A stretch of DNA of 64,000 bases from Promethearchaeota archaeon (GCA_019057865.1 JAHLWP010000008.1:1-64000), one strand, 5' to 3'. Shown: positions 51,096 to 61,933, numbered from the stretch's first letter. Numbers and translations: made by a program. The notes: a model not told the origin generated them from the sequence alone.

Positions 51096-51986
51096 TCAAT
51101 CCTCCTTATTATCATTTATTAGCTTTTTCTGCTCCTCATCAATATTAACTTCTTGTTTAACTTCATATTTTACTTCTTCATCTACATGTTTCCTATAAAT
51201 GATATCCCGTCTTTGTTCTGCGTACTTATTAGGTTTTAATTTTCTTGAAAATTGTGGGCCTAAGTAAATCCAAGCCTGCTCTATAATTTGATTTGGAATT
51301 GTTGTAGAAAAAGCAGCAAGGATTGATTCTTTACCCATAATAGTACCAGGAGAAACATTTGATACACCACCGACAACTATATGATCTCCAAGGATGATCT
51401 TTTTAATTATCAAATAGTTTCCTACGATACTAGAGCTCATTATCACACTTCCTTGCCCTACCGTAATGTTTCGACCAAATTCTATAAACTCTCCATCCAC
51501 CCAAGCATCTTGTAAGTGGCTAGAAAAATCAATTCTTACTCCTAACCACCGGAAACCCCACATTACTACCCATGGGAGTGGACCGTTACTCATAAACCAA
51601 AGTACTAGTTTTTTAAGTTCTATACGTAATCTCCAAAATTCATAATCTTGATTACCTTCTTCTGCTCGAAATACACCCTCTTTAGGTTTATGAACCATAT
51701 TTATGATAAGAAGGAATGCCTTTGTAAATATAGCAATTCCAAATATAAAAATGAAATATAAAATGAATGACCATACGGGAAGTAAGAACATATTTATATA
51801 CCATGGGATATATTGTGATGCGTCGAAGAAAACCGCAACCGCCATGTACCCTGAAATCCACATGATTGGGATATATAAAGCAAGAAATTTATAACCAATT
51901 TTGCTAATTACACTACTTGTTACAAAATCAATTGTATAATCTATTTTATTAGCATTAATTTTTTGCTCTTCTATATTCTCACTCAT
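51096..51986 (-). CDS. 2TM + left-handed beta-helix protein, module B
   Basis: Matches the C-terminal half of the fused proteins (DF.TSS.IS, PKEGVF, KPNKYA..RR). Confidence 0.8.
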   Translation of the reverse strand: MSENIEEQKINANKIDYTIDFVTSSVISKIGYKFLALYIPIMWISGYMAVAVFFDASQYIPWYINMFLLPVWSFILYFIFIFGIAIFTKAFLLIINMVHKPKEGVFRAEEGNQDYEFWRLRIELKKLVLWFMSNGPLPWVVMWGFRWLGVRIDFSSHLQDAWVDGEFIEFGRNITVGQGSVIMSSSIVGNYLIIKKIILGDHIVVGGVSNVSPGTIMGKESILAAFSTTIPNQIIEQAWIYLGPQFSRKLKPNKYAEQRRDIIYRKHVDEEVKYEVKQEVNIDEEQKKLINDNKED

Positions 51987-52906
51987 TTAGTCTTTTCTCT
52001 CTTCTTCTTTTTTGTCTGTTCTGATAAATTTTTTTTTAATTCTTCTGCTCTTTTCAAATCTTCCTCTGTGACTTGTAGATATTCCATAACCTTTCTTTTA
52101 AACACTTTCCTGAGGGGAGTTCCAAAATAATACGAGTTCCCTTTCAAGATATTATATTTTGATGCTCCTGTCATTGGTAACCACCAAGAATTATTTCCCG
52201 TATCTACACCAGGACCAAAACAATTAAATCCCGCAGATGTAACATTATTTCCAATTTTTACTTTAGCAAATGAAATATTACCAAAAATGCCTTCTACAGC
52301 ATGGGAGCTAATACCTGGATTTGTACCAATATAAACATTTTCTCCAACTTCTATAAATCGATCCCCAGCAAGTTGTTCCTCAATAACAGATCCCTTCCCT
52401 ATTTTATTAGTACCGACAAAATTATACATCCATTTCAATAGCCAGGGGAATGGGCCCCGAGAAAAAGCATTTTTGGGATACTTGATAATAAAACTTCTAA
52501 AATGGTAAAAATTCAGAGTTTTACTGGGTATATTTCGAGGGATAATTCCTGATTTGGAGGGTGACTTATTTTCCGAATAGTTCCAAAACCAACGAGTTAT
52601 TAGAGCTACAATAAACAAATGTATTAAATAACATATTATAATTACAAACGGTATTGTTATGGAGGCAATGAGGGAAGGTAAATTAGTAAAAATAGATATA
52701 AAATTTTTTATTTCCAAGAAATAAGGTAAATAAAAAAGCATTATATACATCATAAAAATTATACTAGGTATTAAAAAAGAGCAAAAATAGATAACATAGA
52801 ACGCTGGTAACCATAAATACAATCGTAAACTAATTTCTTCTTTAATAATATTATTTCCGGAATTTTCTATCTGATCTGAACTTTTCGATTCCAACTTTTT
52901 TCCCAC
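51983..52906 (-). CDS. 2TM + left-handed beta-helix protein, module A
   Basis: Matches the N-terminal half of the fused proteins (SPSKSGIIPRN, H.VEGIFGNIS). 4-nt overlap with module B. Confidence 0.8.
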   Translation of the reverse strand: MGKKLESKSSDQIENSGNNIIKEEISLRLYLWLPAFYVIYFCSFLIPSIIFMMYIMLFYLPYFLEIKNFISIFTNLPSLIASITIPFVIIICYLIHLFIVALITRWFWNYSENKSPSKSGIIPRNIPSKTLNFYHFRSFIIKYPKNAFSRGPFPWLLKWMYNFVGTNKIGKGSVIEEQLAGDRFIEVGENVYIGTNPGISSHAVEGIFGNISFAKVKIGNNVTSAGFNCFGPGVDTGNNSWWLPMTGASKYNILKGNSYYFGTPLRKVFKRKVMEYLQVTEEDLKRAEELKKNLSEQTKKKKREKTK

Positions 52907-53394
52907 AAAAGTTATATATTTCTTTTTTTAGCGCTTTTCTTGTATGTTTCTTGATTATATACTTCTGAATATTTAAAAATTTTCAGATTCAAAATCATAG
53001 GATAAGTGTAAAAAAAAGTATTTATTTTTATTAATTGGATTTAACTTAATAAAAAAATTAGAAAACATCTAATCAGTTTTTGCTTTAAACGTATTAAAAA
53101 TATTTATAATATGTTTCTAAACGACAATATTTCGACAAAAAATAAAGAAAAATTGATATCGCATAAGCGTTAAAAATTTATTTTTGAATTATCGTTAATA
53201 TCATAGATTCTAAAAAACATCAAATTAAAAAAGTAAAAGAGGTTAATCAATCGATTAATAAAATCCAAACATTAATTTTATATTGTATAATATCATTAAG
53301 TTATAGGTAGGTTAAGGCAATTTAAATTATATTTTAATATATTAAGCCGATAAAATCTAAATTAAAAATATTCTCATAATAATGGAGGAAAATA

Positions 53395-56300
53395 ATGACC
53401 AATAACTCATTCTCGTTAACAGATCTGTACCCAAAATATGTAATCAATTCAAAAGGCGAAAAGAAAAAATTCGATGAGAGTAATATTGCTAAAGTACTAA
53501 ACAAAGAGACAGGCTTGGATATGCACATTGCTGAAAAAGTTGCTGAAGATGTAATAAGAAAAATAATAGGTCTTGGAATAGAGGAGATTACCACTAATTA
53601 TATTAGAGAACTAGTTTGTGTGGAATTAACTCAACGCGGCCTGAATAAATATAGAAATCTGTTCGCTCGAGCTATAAATTTGGAGAATATCAGCTTTAAA
53701 TTAGATGAGACTTTTATTGAAAATTATGTAGGAAAGCGGCCAACTTTCGGCCCATTAGGTTACATTACATATAAAAGAACTTATGCAAGATTTATAGAAG
53801 CAGAGAATAGAAAAGAAGAATTCTGGGAAACCATTAGAAGAGTGGTTGAGGGTTGTTATTCAATCCAAAAAGAACATTGTATTAAACTTAGCTTACCATG
53901 GAGCGATGCAAAAGCACAAAAATCTGCTCAAACCATGTTTAAAAAGATATGGGATTTCAAATTTTTGCCTCCTGGAAGAGGTTTATGGATGATGGGAACA
54001 GAGTTTATTGCTCGCCATGGTTCTATGTCTCTTAATAATTGCGGATTCGCCTCTACAGAAGATATTGATCTAAAATATTCAAAAGCCTTTGAATTTGTAA
54101 TGGATGCTTTAATGTTGGGGGTTGGAGTAGGTTTTGATACAAAAGGAGCAGGAAAATTTAAAATCAAAAAACCACAAGAAGGTCATTTTGACTATCAAAT
54201 TCCTGATAGTAGAGAGGGTTGGGTTGAGGCTTTAAAACTAGTACTTGAAGCTTATTTCTTAGGGAAGCAAGTTCCAACTTATGATTTTAACCTCATTAGA
54301 CCGGCAGGGAAGCCAATAAGAGGCTTTGGAGGGATTGCCTCCGGACCAGGTCCTTTAAAGGAAATGCTCGAAGATATTCACAACATATTAGAAGCTCGAG
54401 TTGGGCAACCGATTACATCTGTTGATATTGTTGATATAATGAATTACATTGGTAAATGTGTTGTGGCGGGTAACGTTAGAAGGAGCGCAGAAATTGCTTT
54501 AGGAGATCCAGGTGATTTAAGTTTTGTGACATGTAAACAAGATCAAGAAAAATTATATTCTCATAGATGGGCTAGTAACAATAGTGTTTTTGCTGTAAAA
54601 GGCTTGGATTATTCATTCATTGCAAATCAAATAGCTGTGAATGGAGAGCCTGGAATTTTTTGGCTAGAAAACGCAAAAGCATATTCTCGAATGGGAGATA
54701 AGCCAGATTATAAAGATAAGAAAGCTGCTGGCGTAAATCCTTGTGGAGAACAGTCCTTAGAATCTTTCGAGCTGTGTTGTGTCACAGGAGATACAAGAAT
54801 TCAGATCAAAAATGGTGCTCCTCGAATCTCAGAGATGGTTGATAAAGAAGTAGAAGTATGGAATGGAGATCGTTGGTCAAAAGTCATCCCTTTTATAGCA
54901 GCTAAAGATAAGGAAATTTATCGAGTACATATATCAGATGGGTCTTATTTAGATTGCACTCTGGATCATAAATGGCATATCAAACCATCAACTGCCAGAA
55001 TTTTTCGATCAGTCCAGACAAAAGAGTTAAAACCAGGAGATTATGTAGTATCATTCGAAATTGATAAAGAATTCGGTGGTATCTATGAACCAAATGCATT
55101 TGAATATGGTTTATTTTCGGGTGATGGTTATATTGATAAAAATTATCCTATGGTTTGTATTTGTGGAGAAAAATCAAAATTAAAAGATCTTGATGTTAAA
55201 GGAACTTGGTATAAGGAACAAATAAAAGAAGGTTATAAAGAACCTTATAACCGACTGAATCTTAATGGTGTTATTGAATTAGAACTATCACTGATTCTGA
55301 ACGATAAATCTAGTGGCCTTCCTGATATTATTTTTAGTTGGGATCGTGAGTCAATATTAGAATTTATTGCAGGATTAATTGAGACTGATGGAAATTTATG
55401 TCATCAAGTAAATACAGATAACTATAGGATTTTTGGAAATGAAGAAAAAATACGAGATCTTCAGTTACTTCTTAGGAGAGTAGGAATAAATCATTCTAGT
55501 ATTTATTCTGCAGGTGAAGCTGGAGAAGAAACGAATTTTGGAATCAGAAATTATAGTATTTATTGTTTATTTATTCCATCATATGAATGTGGGGATATTC
55601 CTACTAGAATTAAAAAAGCAACTCGTATAGGGAAGAGGTATGTTATAAATAATCGCCATCCAGAGGGGAAATTTATTGATAGGGCTAGGAAACAAAAAAT
55701 TATAAAAATCGAGCAATCAAATAAAAAACAATCTGTTTATTGTTTTACAGAACCCAAAAATCATATGGGCGTATTTGGAAATGTTCTAACTTATCAATGC
55801 TTGGTAGAGACGTTTCCTTCGAGACATGACTCTTTTGAGGAGTTCCAAGGAACTTTAAAGTATGCTTATTTATATGCCAAATCTGTTACGCTTGTAAATA
55901 CGCATTGGCAAGAAACTAACGCAGTAATGCTTAAGAATCGGAGGATGGGAATTTCCCAAACAGGAATAATAGAAGCTTTTGTGAAATATGGAAGAAGGGC
56001 CATATTAGAATGGTGTGATAAAGGATATAAATATTTACAGGAACTAGACGAACAATACTCTGGTTGGCTTTGTATACCGAGAAGTATAAAACTCACAACT
56101 GTAAAGCCAAGTGGGACCGTAAGTTTGCTCCCAGGAGTACCACCTGGTATTCATTATCCTCATTCTGAATATTATATTAGAAGGATACGCATTTCAAAGA
56201 ATTCTGACTTAATTAAGCCACTTAAGAATGCGGGTTATTATATTGAAGAAGATTCATATTCACCAAATACGGTTGTTGTCGAATTCCCTGTCCATGAGAA

Positions 56301-56649
56301 ATATTTCGATCGTTCAAAAAACGATGTATCTATCTGGGAACAAGCAGAGAATGCTGCTGCATATCAAAAGTATTGGTCTGATAATCAAGTATCAATAACG
56401 ATTACATTTAAAGAAGAGGAGGCAGATCAAATTGAATATGTTCTTGAATGCTACGAAGATAAATTGAAAAGTGTAAGTTTTTTACCAATCAAGGAACATG
56501 GGTATAAACAAGCTCCATATGAAGAAATAACAAAAGAAAAATATGAGGATATATTATCAAAAATAAAACCTTTAGATTTAGATACTACAAAAGATCGAGC
56601 AATTGGAGAACGGTTTTGTGATACTGAAGCTTGTGAAGTTCGATTCTAG
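53395..56649 (+). CDS. nrdJ: Class II (B12-dependent) ribonucleoside-triphosphate reductase with N-terminal ATP cone; intein-containing
   Basis: ATP cone; PPGRGLW, LNNC, GNVRRSA, NPCGEQ, TTVKPSGTVSLL; C-terminal CDTEAC. Confidence 0.93.
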   Translation: MTNNSFSLTDLYPKYVINSKGEKKKFDESNIAKVLNKETGLDMHIAEKVAEDVIRKIIGLGIEEITTNYIRELVCVELTQRGLNKYRNLFARAINLENISFKLDETFIENYVGKRPTFGPLGYITYKRTYARFIEAENRKEEFWETIRRVVEGCYSIQKEHCIKLSLPWSDAKAQKSAQTMFKKIWDFKFLPPGRGLWMMGTEFIARHGSMSLNNCGFASTEDIDLKYSKAFEFVMDALMLGVGVGFDTKGAGKFKIKKPQEGHFDYQIPDSREGWVEALKLVLEAYFLGKQVPTYDFNLIRPAGKPIRGFGGIASGPGPLKEMLEDIHNILEARVGQPITSVDIVDIMNYIGKCVVAGNVRRSAEIALGDPGDLSFVTCKQDQEKLYSHRWASNNSVFAVKGLDYSFIANQIAVNGEPGIFWLENAKAYSRMGDKPDYKDKKAAGVNPCGEQSLESFELCCVTGDTRIQIKNGAPRISEMVDKEVEVWNGDRWSKVIPFIAAKDKEIYRVHISDGSYLDCTLDHKWHIKPSTARIFRSVQTKELKPGDYVVSFEIDKEFGGIYEPNAFEYGLFSGDGYIDKNYPMVCICGEKSKLKDLDVKGTWYKEQIKEGYKEPYNRLNLNGVIELELSLILNDKSSGLPDIIFSWDRESILEFIAGLIETDGNLCHQVNTDNYRIFGNEEKIRDLQLLLRRVGINHSSIYSAGEAGEETNFGIRNYSIYCLFIPSYECGDIPTRIKKATRIGKRYVINNRHPEGKFIDRARKQKIIKIEQSNKKQSVYCFTEPKNHMGVFGNVLTYQCLVETFPSRHDSFEEFQGTLKYAYLYAKSVTLVNTHWQETNAVMLKNRRMGISQTGIIEAFVKYGRRAILEWCDKGYKYLQELDEQYSGWLCIPRSIKLTTVKPSGTVSLLPGVPPGIHYPHSEYYIRRIRISKNSDLIKPLKNAGYYIEEDSYSPNTVVVEFPVHEKYFDRSKNDVSIWEQAENAAAYQKYWSDNQVSITITFKEEEADQIEYVLECYEDKLKSVSFLPIKEHGYKQAPYEEITKEKYEDILSKIKPLDLDTTKDRAIGERFCDTEACEVRF
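54778..55797 (+). mobile_element. Intein (340 aa) with LAGLIDADG homing endonuclease
   Basis: Begins CVTGDT; block B CTLDHKW; LAGLIDADG-like YGLFSGDG and FIAGLIETDG; ends VYCFTEP..H.GVFGNVLTYQ followed by C. Removing it restores ELC-CLVETFP. Confidence 0.9.
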
Positions 56650-56650
56650 C

Positions 56651-57769
56651 TTAACTTTTCTCAGCTCGAGCTAATTCCGCTTTTTTATCCATTATTGCTA
56701 AATAGGTATTATATGAATTTTTTGGTGGAATAGTCTCTTTCTCTTTTTTATGAAGAGACATTGCTTCTGAGGTACAAGTTGGTATACAAACACCGCAACC
56801 TATGCATCTTGCCTTATTTATATTTGATATATTATCTTCTATCGTTACAGCATCCATATTGCAGCGTTCTTCACAGATTCCACAGCCTGTACATAGATCT
56901 TCATCCACTTCAGCATAATAATTAGTTGCAAATAATCGAGCAGGCTCCGGAAATTTCTTTTGATTTACAAGGACTTCACAACAACAACCACAACAAGTAC
57001 AAATGGATCGTGGTTTTAAAGAGTTTGCTGGTTGAATTACTAAGCCATCTTCTTCAGCTTTCTCTAAAACCTTTATTGCTTCTTCTTTTGAAATTTCTCT
57101 ACCTAGACCTTTTTCTATATACATCTGTGCAGCTGTCCTGAACGAAAAACATGACTCACGAAGATTCGTCTTCTTACAAGGATCTCCAATAAGGTCTTTA
57201 CTCTTTCTACAGATACATTCAGCTAATGATATTGGACCTTTAATGTTCTCAATTATCGCTCTTAAATCATCATAAGTAGAAATAGATTGCTCATATTCAA
57301 TACTTTGCTCTATTGGTATAGTACGTAATTGTGGAATCCCTGTTTTATTAAATTCTCTCTCCCAAAATGCTTCTTCGAAATATTGATATATATCTTTAAC
57401 AAAATCTTCTGTTAATCGATTTAATTGATATTCAAACATTCCGACCACTATTGGCGCAGAACCATAATATTTTACCTCTACGCTGCCTTCCTTCCTCCTT
57501 CCCATATTAATTGTACCTTTTTGATACATCTCATCTAATTTCTTTTCAAGGTCTTCCATTGAAATACCGCTTTTTTTCACTCTTCTATAAATTGCTTTTA
57601 ATGGCTCAGGTTGAAAATTTAAATTTATTGCTATTCTTGCCTCTTCTGGAGTAAAGAGATGAGATAAGATTCGTATTTCTACTCCAGATTCCGTGGCAGG
57701 ATACCCAACTGGCATCTTATCGAGATGCTGCTGTAATTCTCTATAGACATCTAAACTTACTTCATTCAT
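56651..57769 (-). CDS. 4Fe-4S ferredoxin-domain protein with N-terminal HTH-like region
   Basis: CICR, ICTCCGCCC, CTGCGICEERC, CIGCGVCIPTC. Confidence 0.85.
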   Translation of the reverse strand: MNEVSLDVYRELQQHLDKMPVGYPATESGVEIRILSHLFTPEEARIAINLNFQPEPLKAIYRRVKKSGISMEDLEKKLDEMYQKGTINMGRRKEGSVEVKYYGSAPIVVGMFEYQLNRLTEDFVKDIYQYFEEAFWEREFNKTGIPQLRTIPIEQSIEYEQSISTYDDLRAIIENIKGPISLAECICRKSKDLIGDPCKKTNLRESCFSFRTAAQMYIEKGLGREISKEEAIKVLEKAEEDGLVIQPANSLKPRSICTCCGCCCEVLVNQKKFPEPARLFATNYYAEVDEDLCTGCGICEERCNMDAVTIEDNISNINKARCIGCGVCIPTCTSEAMSLHKKEKETIPPKNSYNTYLAIMDKKAELARAEKS

Positions 57770-57994
57770 AATAAATATTTATATTTTTTTTATAATAAAA
57801 TTAATCAAAAGTATGTTTAATTTAAATGAAAATATTGAAATTCAATTCTCTAAACAAGATCAGTTACTTTAGTAAATACACATTGGTTAGAAATAAATGC
57901 AGTAAATATATTCTATTTTTCATTTTTTTAAAACAATAAGAAATTTATAATTAATTATCTTATATAATTTTATTAAGATTTTTGGTGAAATTTA

Positions 57995-59824
57995 ATGAAA
58001 AAAAAAAATATATACTTGGTTCTATTAATTTTCCTATTCTTCAATACAGCATACTTTAAATTCAACATTTCTTATGCTGATCAACAAAATATTAATAAAA
58101 ATGCTAAACCAATTTTATCAGATGTAATAGTAGGAAATTACACTGTTCCAGGTATTTCAGTACCAATACCAATAAGTCAGGTAATAAAGATTGGCATTCT
58201 TGATGATATGAAATATATTACAGGTGAACATGCATGGAATGGAGCCATATTAGCTGCTAAAGAAATAAACCAGGCTGGAGGTGTTCTGCTTAATGGTACT
58301 ATACATTACGTTGGTCTTGTAGCTGAAGATACTGACGAAGCTAATCCCAATTTAGAAATAATCGATGGAATTCTCGCTGCAACAAAAATAATAAGCAATG
58401 ATCCCCACTATGTTATAGGGGGGTTTTTAAAAGAATCATTGCAAGCATATTATGAAGTTATTATGGATGCTAAGATACCTTTTCTTTGTACAGGTTGTCC
58501 TTCAGATAGTTTTTGTGAAAATGTATATAATGACTATAATCGGTATAAATACTTTTTTAGAGCGTCCCCAATTAATGGAACTAGTCTAGCACGCGAACTA
58601 ATATCTTATTTAGTCTATCTTACATCTTTTTTGAAAGCTGTTTATGGACAAGATGCTGAGAAGTTCGGCATTCTTCGTGAAGATCTAGCCTGGACAATGC
58701 CTATAGCAAATATCTTGAAATCAATTCTACCTGTGTACATCCCAAATTATACTTTGGTACAGGAGGTTGTATATCCAATTAGCGCTGTTCCAGTAGACTT
58801 TGATACTTATTTAAATATGTTTGAAGCTGCTGGTGCCCAAATAGTAATTCCAATAATTTCGGGACCAACAGGAGCTTATTTAGGTGCTAGATACGGACAA
58901 TTGAAACCTGAATATCTTTTATGTGGGATTAATTTTATTGCACAAAGTGATACTTATTGGGATCTAACTGCTGGGGGCGGTAGGTATGAAATTACAATGC
59001 AACCTATTCATAACACAAATAAGACTTATCTAACGATACCATTTTGGGATACCTTTCTAGCGGAGTATAACAAAGAACCAATTTATACAGGAGTAGGTTC
59101 TTATGATGCCGTTAGAATGCTAGTATATGCAACTAGCCAAGTTCAATCATTTAATGCTGATATCATTGTATCGGAATTAGAGCAAATTAATCAGAGTAAT
59201 CCATTTGCGGGGGTCTCTGGAAATATTGCCTTTACAGAATCCCATGATTTACTAGAAGGTTGGCCCTATTCGACAGAATTATTTTGCCAATGGCAAATGG
59301 ACGGAAACAAAGTAGTACTTTCCACAGGGAATTTAATATATCCTAATTCTATTGTAACTGGCTCATTGTCAATTCCATATTGGGGTATTTATAATCTTGT
59401 AGATGATTATTCATATAAATTACCGGGTAATTTTTCATTATTTAGTGATGCTGATGATCCAGATCCTGATGGTGCTTTTGATCTTATCTGGACGGATTCT
59501 GAAGGAGCAGATAATTATTCAGTATACATGTTCGACAAATTTATAACAGAAATAAATGAAAGTCTTACTTTACATGCTAATCAGACTGCTATATCCCCCT
59601 TCCCCATATCTGGATTACTTAACGATGAATATTATTTTACGATATTAGCATATAATGAAAATGGAGCAACAATGTCAAACAATGAATATATTATTGTTTA
59701 CTTACCTGATTCCAATGGTGATAAAATTATAATTCCCGGATATAGCTTTATTTTGATTTTAAGTATTGGATTTATTGTATCGCTATTATTAGTAAAAAAC
59801 ACACTACACAAAAAAATTAAATAA
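57995..59824 (+). CDS. Branched-chain amino acid-type ABC substrate-binding protein with IPGY sorting tail
   Basis: Signal peptide; IKIGIL, GAILAAKEINQAGG, YKYFFR, YDAV, GVSGNIAF; C-terminal IPGY-TM-KK. No permease genes adjacent. Confidence 0.85.
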   Translation: MKKKNIYLVLLIFLFFNTAYFKFNISYADQQNINKNAKPILSDVIVGNYTVPGISVPIPISQVIKIGILDDMKYITGEHAWNGAILAAKEINQAGGVLLNGTIHYVGLVAEDTDEANPNLEIIDGILAATKIISNDPHYVIGGFLKESLQAYYEVIMDAKIPFLCTGCPSDSFCENVYNDYNRYKYFFRASPINGTSLARELISYLVYLTSFLKAVYGQDAEKFGILREDLAWTMPIANILKSILPVYIPNYTLVQEVVYPISAVPVDFDTYLNMFEAAGAQIVIPIISGPTGAYLGARYGQLKPEYLLCGINFIAQSDTYWDLTAGGGRYEITMQPIHNTNKTYLTIPFWDTFLAEYNKEPIYTGVGSYDAVRMLVYATSQVQSFNADIIVSELEQINQSNPFAGVSGNIAFTESHDLLEGWPYSTELFCQWQMDGNKVVLSTGNLIYPNSIVTGSLSIPYWGIYNLVDDYSYKLPGNFSLFSDADDPDPDGAFDLIWTDSEGADNYSVYMFDKFITEINESLTLHANQTAISPFPISGLLNDEYYFTILAYNENGATMSNNEYIIVYLPDSNGDKIIIPGYSFILILSIGFIVSLLLVKNTLHKKIK

Positions 59825-60068
59825 TAATTCTTATTTTTTTATTTTCTTTCTAAATATAATACCTACTATTTTGAGTTCTTAAATTTGAAATCTTCAGATT
59901 AAATTCAGCTAATGGTATTTCAAAAAAAAGTTTTTTCTCATTTAGATTTAGAATTTTATAAGGATTAATCAATAAAAGTTTAAAGTAAAAATTATATAGT
60001 ATCCAAATGAAAATTACATTAACAATATAATATTTTAATAATCAAAAATTTGAAAGATGTGATAATTC

Positions 60069-60938
60069 ATGGCAAAAAAACAAGAAACTGAACCAAAACC
60101 AAAAAAAACAAAAGCAGCCAAAGCTAAACCAGCAGAACCCCCAAAACCAAAAAAGATCGTATATAAAAAGATAAAAGTAAATTTCTGGAGGACACGCTTA
60201 CATGATGAAGAATTAGGAATTCATCAACAACTTAAATATCAAGCAAAAACGCGTTATTTCTCTAAAAATTTTGATATTGAAGGTGTTATCGAATATGATG
60301 GTAAGAAGAAATACATTGTTGCCTTTAGCAAGGATAATTGGGAAGAAAAGCCAACTCTCGAGAAAAGACTTGTTTGTCGTTTCTTTACTATTATGGAAGA
60401 ATCGATGGATGCTACACCGAAAGGAGGAAATTTTAAAGGAGGATTAGAGCTAAGTGTTACTCACTCTTTAATACAAAGTTATGAAATTAAACACCCAGCT
60501 CCTGTCTTTTTCATGCAATTGCCAGGTACTCTTACATTAGTTCGAGTAGTTAGGGGTTGGAGACTTGTTGGAACAAGATGGACCTTCCCATTAATTCCAG
60601 AAGAAGCAGGGGATAAATTACAAGTGGTAATGGCTAAGGGAATTGTAGGGCCTGGTAGAAATTATAATATCTTTCTTGGGGACAAAAAGATCGCAAGGAT
60701 TGATGGACAAGTTGTGCAAAAGAATTTTGAAGTTGAAATTTATGATGAAAAATACGCAAAAGATAAGTCATTTATAATGTATCTTACATTATTTGGCGCT
60801 ATTTGCAATTTTATGAAAGGTGCTGAAAAAATGATTAAAGAATTATATAAAAAGATGAAGAAGACAGCAACTACAAATTTTAAACCACCAAAACAAGAAA
60901 TAGATCTGTTCAGGAACCCAAGAATGATGAGACGTTAG
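60069..60938 (+). CDS. Hypothetical protein (Lys/Pro-rich N-terminus; possibly tubby/LURP-like beta-barrel)
   Basis: 289-aa ORF with a beta-rich body and C-terminal hydrophobic helix. Confidence 0.6.
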   Translation: MAKKQETEPKPKKTKAAKAKPAEPPKPKKIVYKKIKVNFWRTRLHDEELGIHQQLKYQAKTRYFSKNFDIEGVIEYDGKKKYIVAFSKDNWEEKPTLEKRLVCRFFTIMEESMDATPKGGNFKGGLELSVTHSLIQSYEIKHPAPVFFMQLPGTLTLVRVVRGWRLVGTRWTFPLIPEEAGDKLQVVMAKGIVGPGRNYNIFLGDKKIARIDGQVVQKNFEVEIYDEKYAKDKSFIMYLTLFGAICNFMKGAEKMIKELYKKMKKTATTNFKPPKQEIDLFRNPRMMRR

Positions 60939-61023
60939 TTCAAACTATTTTAACGCTACAGCTTTAATATAAATAACGTAAAAAAAAATGTAAAAAATTA
61001 ATTTTTATTTATTATTTTTTTAG

Positions 61024-61791
61024 TTATGATTTAAGTTTCGCTTTCCATTCTTTATATCCCCGTGTCTCCTTGCCTCTATAGATTGCTTTTTGTCCAGTCT
61101 CTTTCTTATATATGTCTCTTAATGTCCTTTCATCAGCATTCTTTATCGCGTCCTTTTTAATCTGTTCTTCTATCTCAATTTCTTCTTCTATTTCTTTGAC
61201 ATGTCTTAGAACCCAAAAAACACCATGATTCCAAATATAAAATCCTAAAAAGATCATAGCAACAATAATGAAAAGAATCCCCCCTACCCACATAATCCAC
61301 ATCCCAGGTGTAAACTCATCTACCATATAACTCCAAACTTTTTTTACAAATGTAAGAAATGTGGTTGGTAGCAACCCGATAATAAGGCTTATGATTGTTA
61401 TATATAGACCCATCAGAGCTATTCCTATAAGCATTCGCAACCCGTAATAATCTTGCCATTTATTTGCAATTGCTCGATCTTTAAACATAAATTGGCATAA
61501 ACGCACCATTCCTCCACGGAAAAGAGTATAAAAGAGAACTAATAAGAATAAATGACCAGTAACTGCTCCAGCAATGATTGCAATCTGATACCCAAGTTGA
61601 TATCCTAAAAATGTATCCCATGCACCACCTGCGAATACAAATCCTAAAATTACTCCCCATACACCAATTACTAATACTACAGTGGCAATTATCAGTCCAT
61701 AATAAACAGTTTTTGCAAATCTTAAGTCCCACGTACTATATGCATCTAGCGGGTCCTCTCTATCAGGTGCTTTTCTAGCTGCTCTTGGCAT
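61024..61791 (-). CDS. 4-TM membrane protein
   Basis: Four hydrophobic segments; charged C-terminal tail. Confidence 0.75.
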   Translation of the reverse strand: MPRAARKAPDREDPLDAYSTWDLRFAKTVYYGLIIATVVLVIGVWGVILGFVFAGGAWDTFLGYQLGYQIAIIAGAVTGHLFLLVLFYTLFRGGMVRLCQFMFKDRAIANKWQDYYGLRMLIGIALMGLYITIISLIIGLLPTTFLTFVKKVWSYMVDEFTPGMWIMWVGGILFIIVAMIFLGFYIWNHGVFWVLRHVKEIEEEIEIEEQIKKDAIKNADERTLRDIYKKETGQKAIYRGKETRGYKEWKAKLKS

Positions 61792-61933
61792 AATTTTCTC
61801 ATCTTTTAATAATATTTTTAAAATTTTTAGGTTTTCAAATTTCTATAATTAAATATTTAGTTATACTATTATTTATTTTTAATAGTTTATTGATATTCAG
61901 AAAATATTTTACATTAAATGCACTTTTAAAAAG

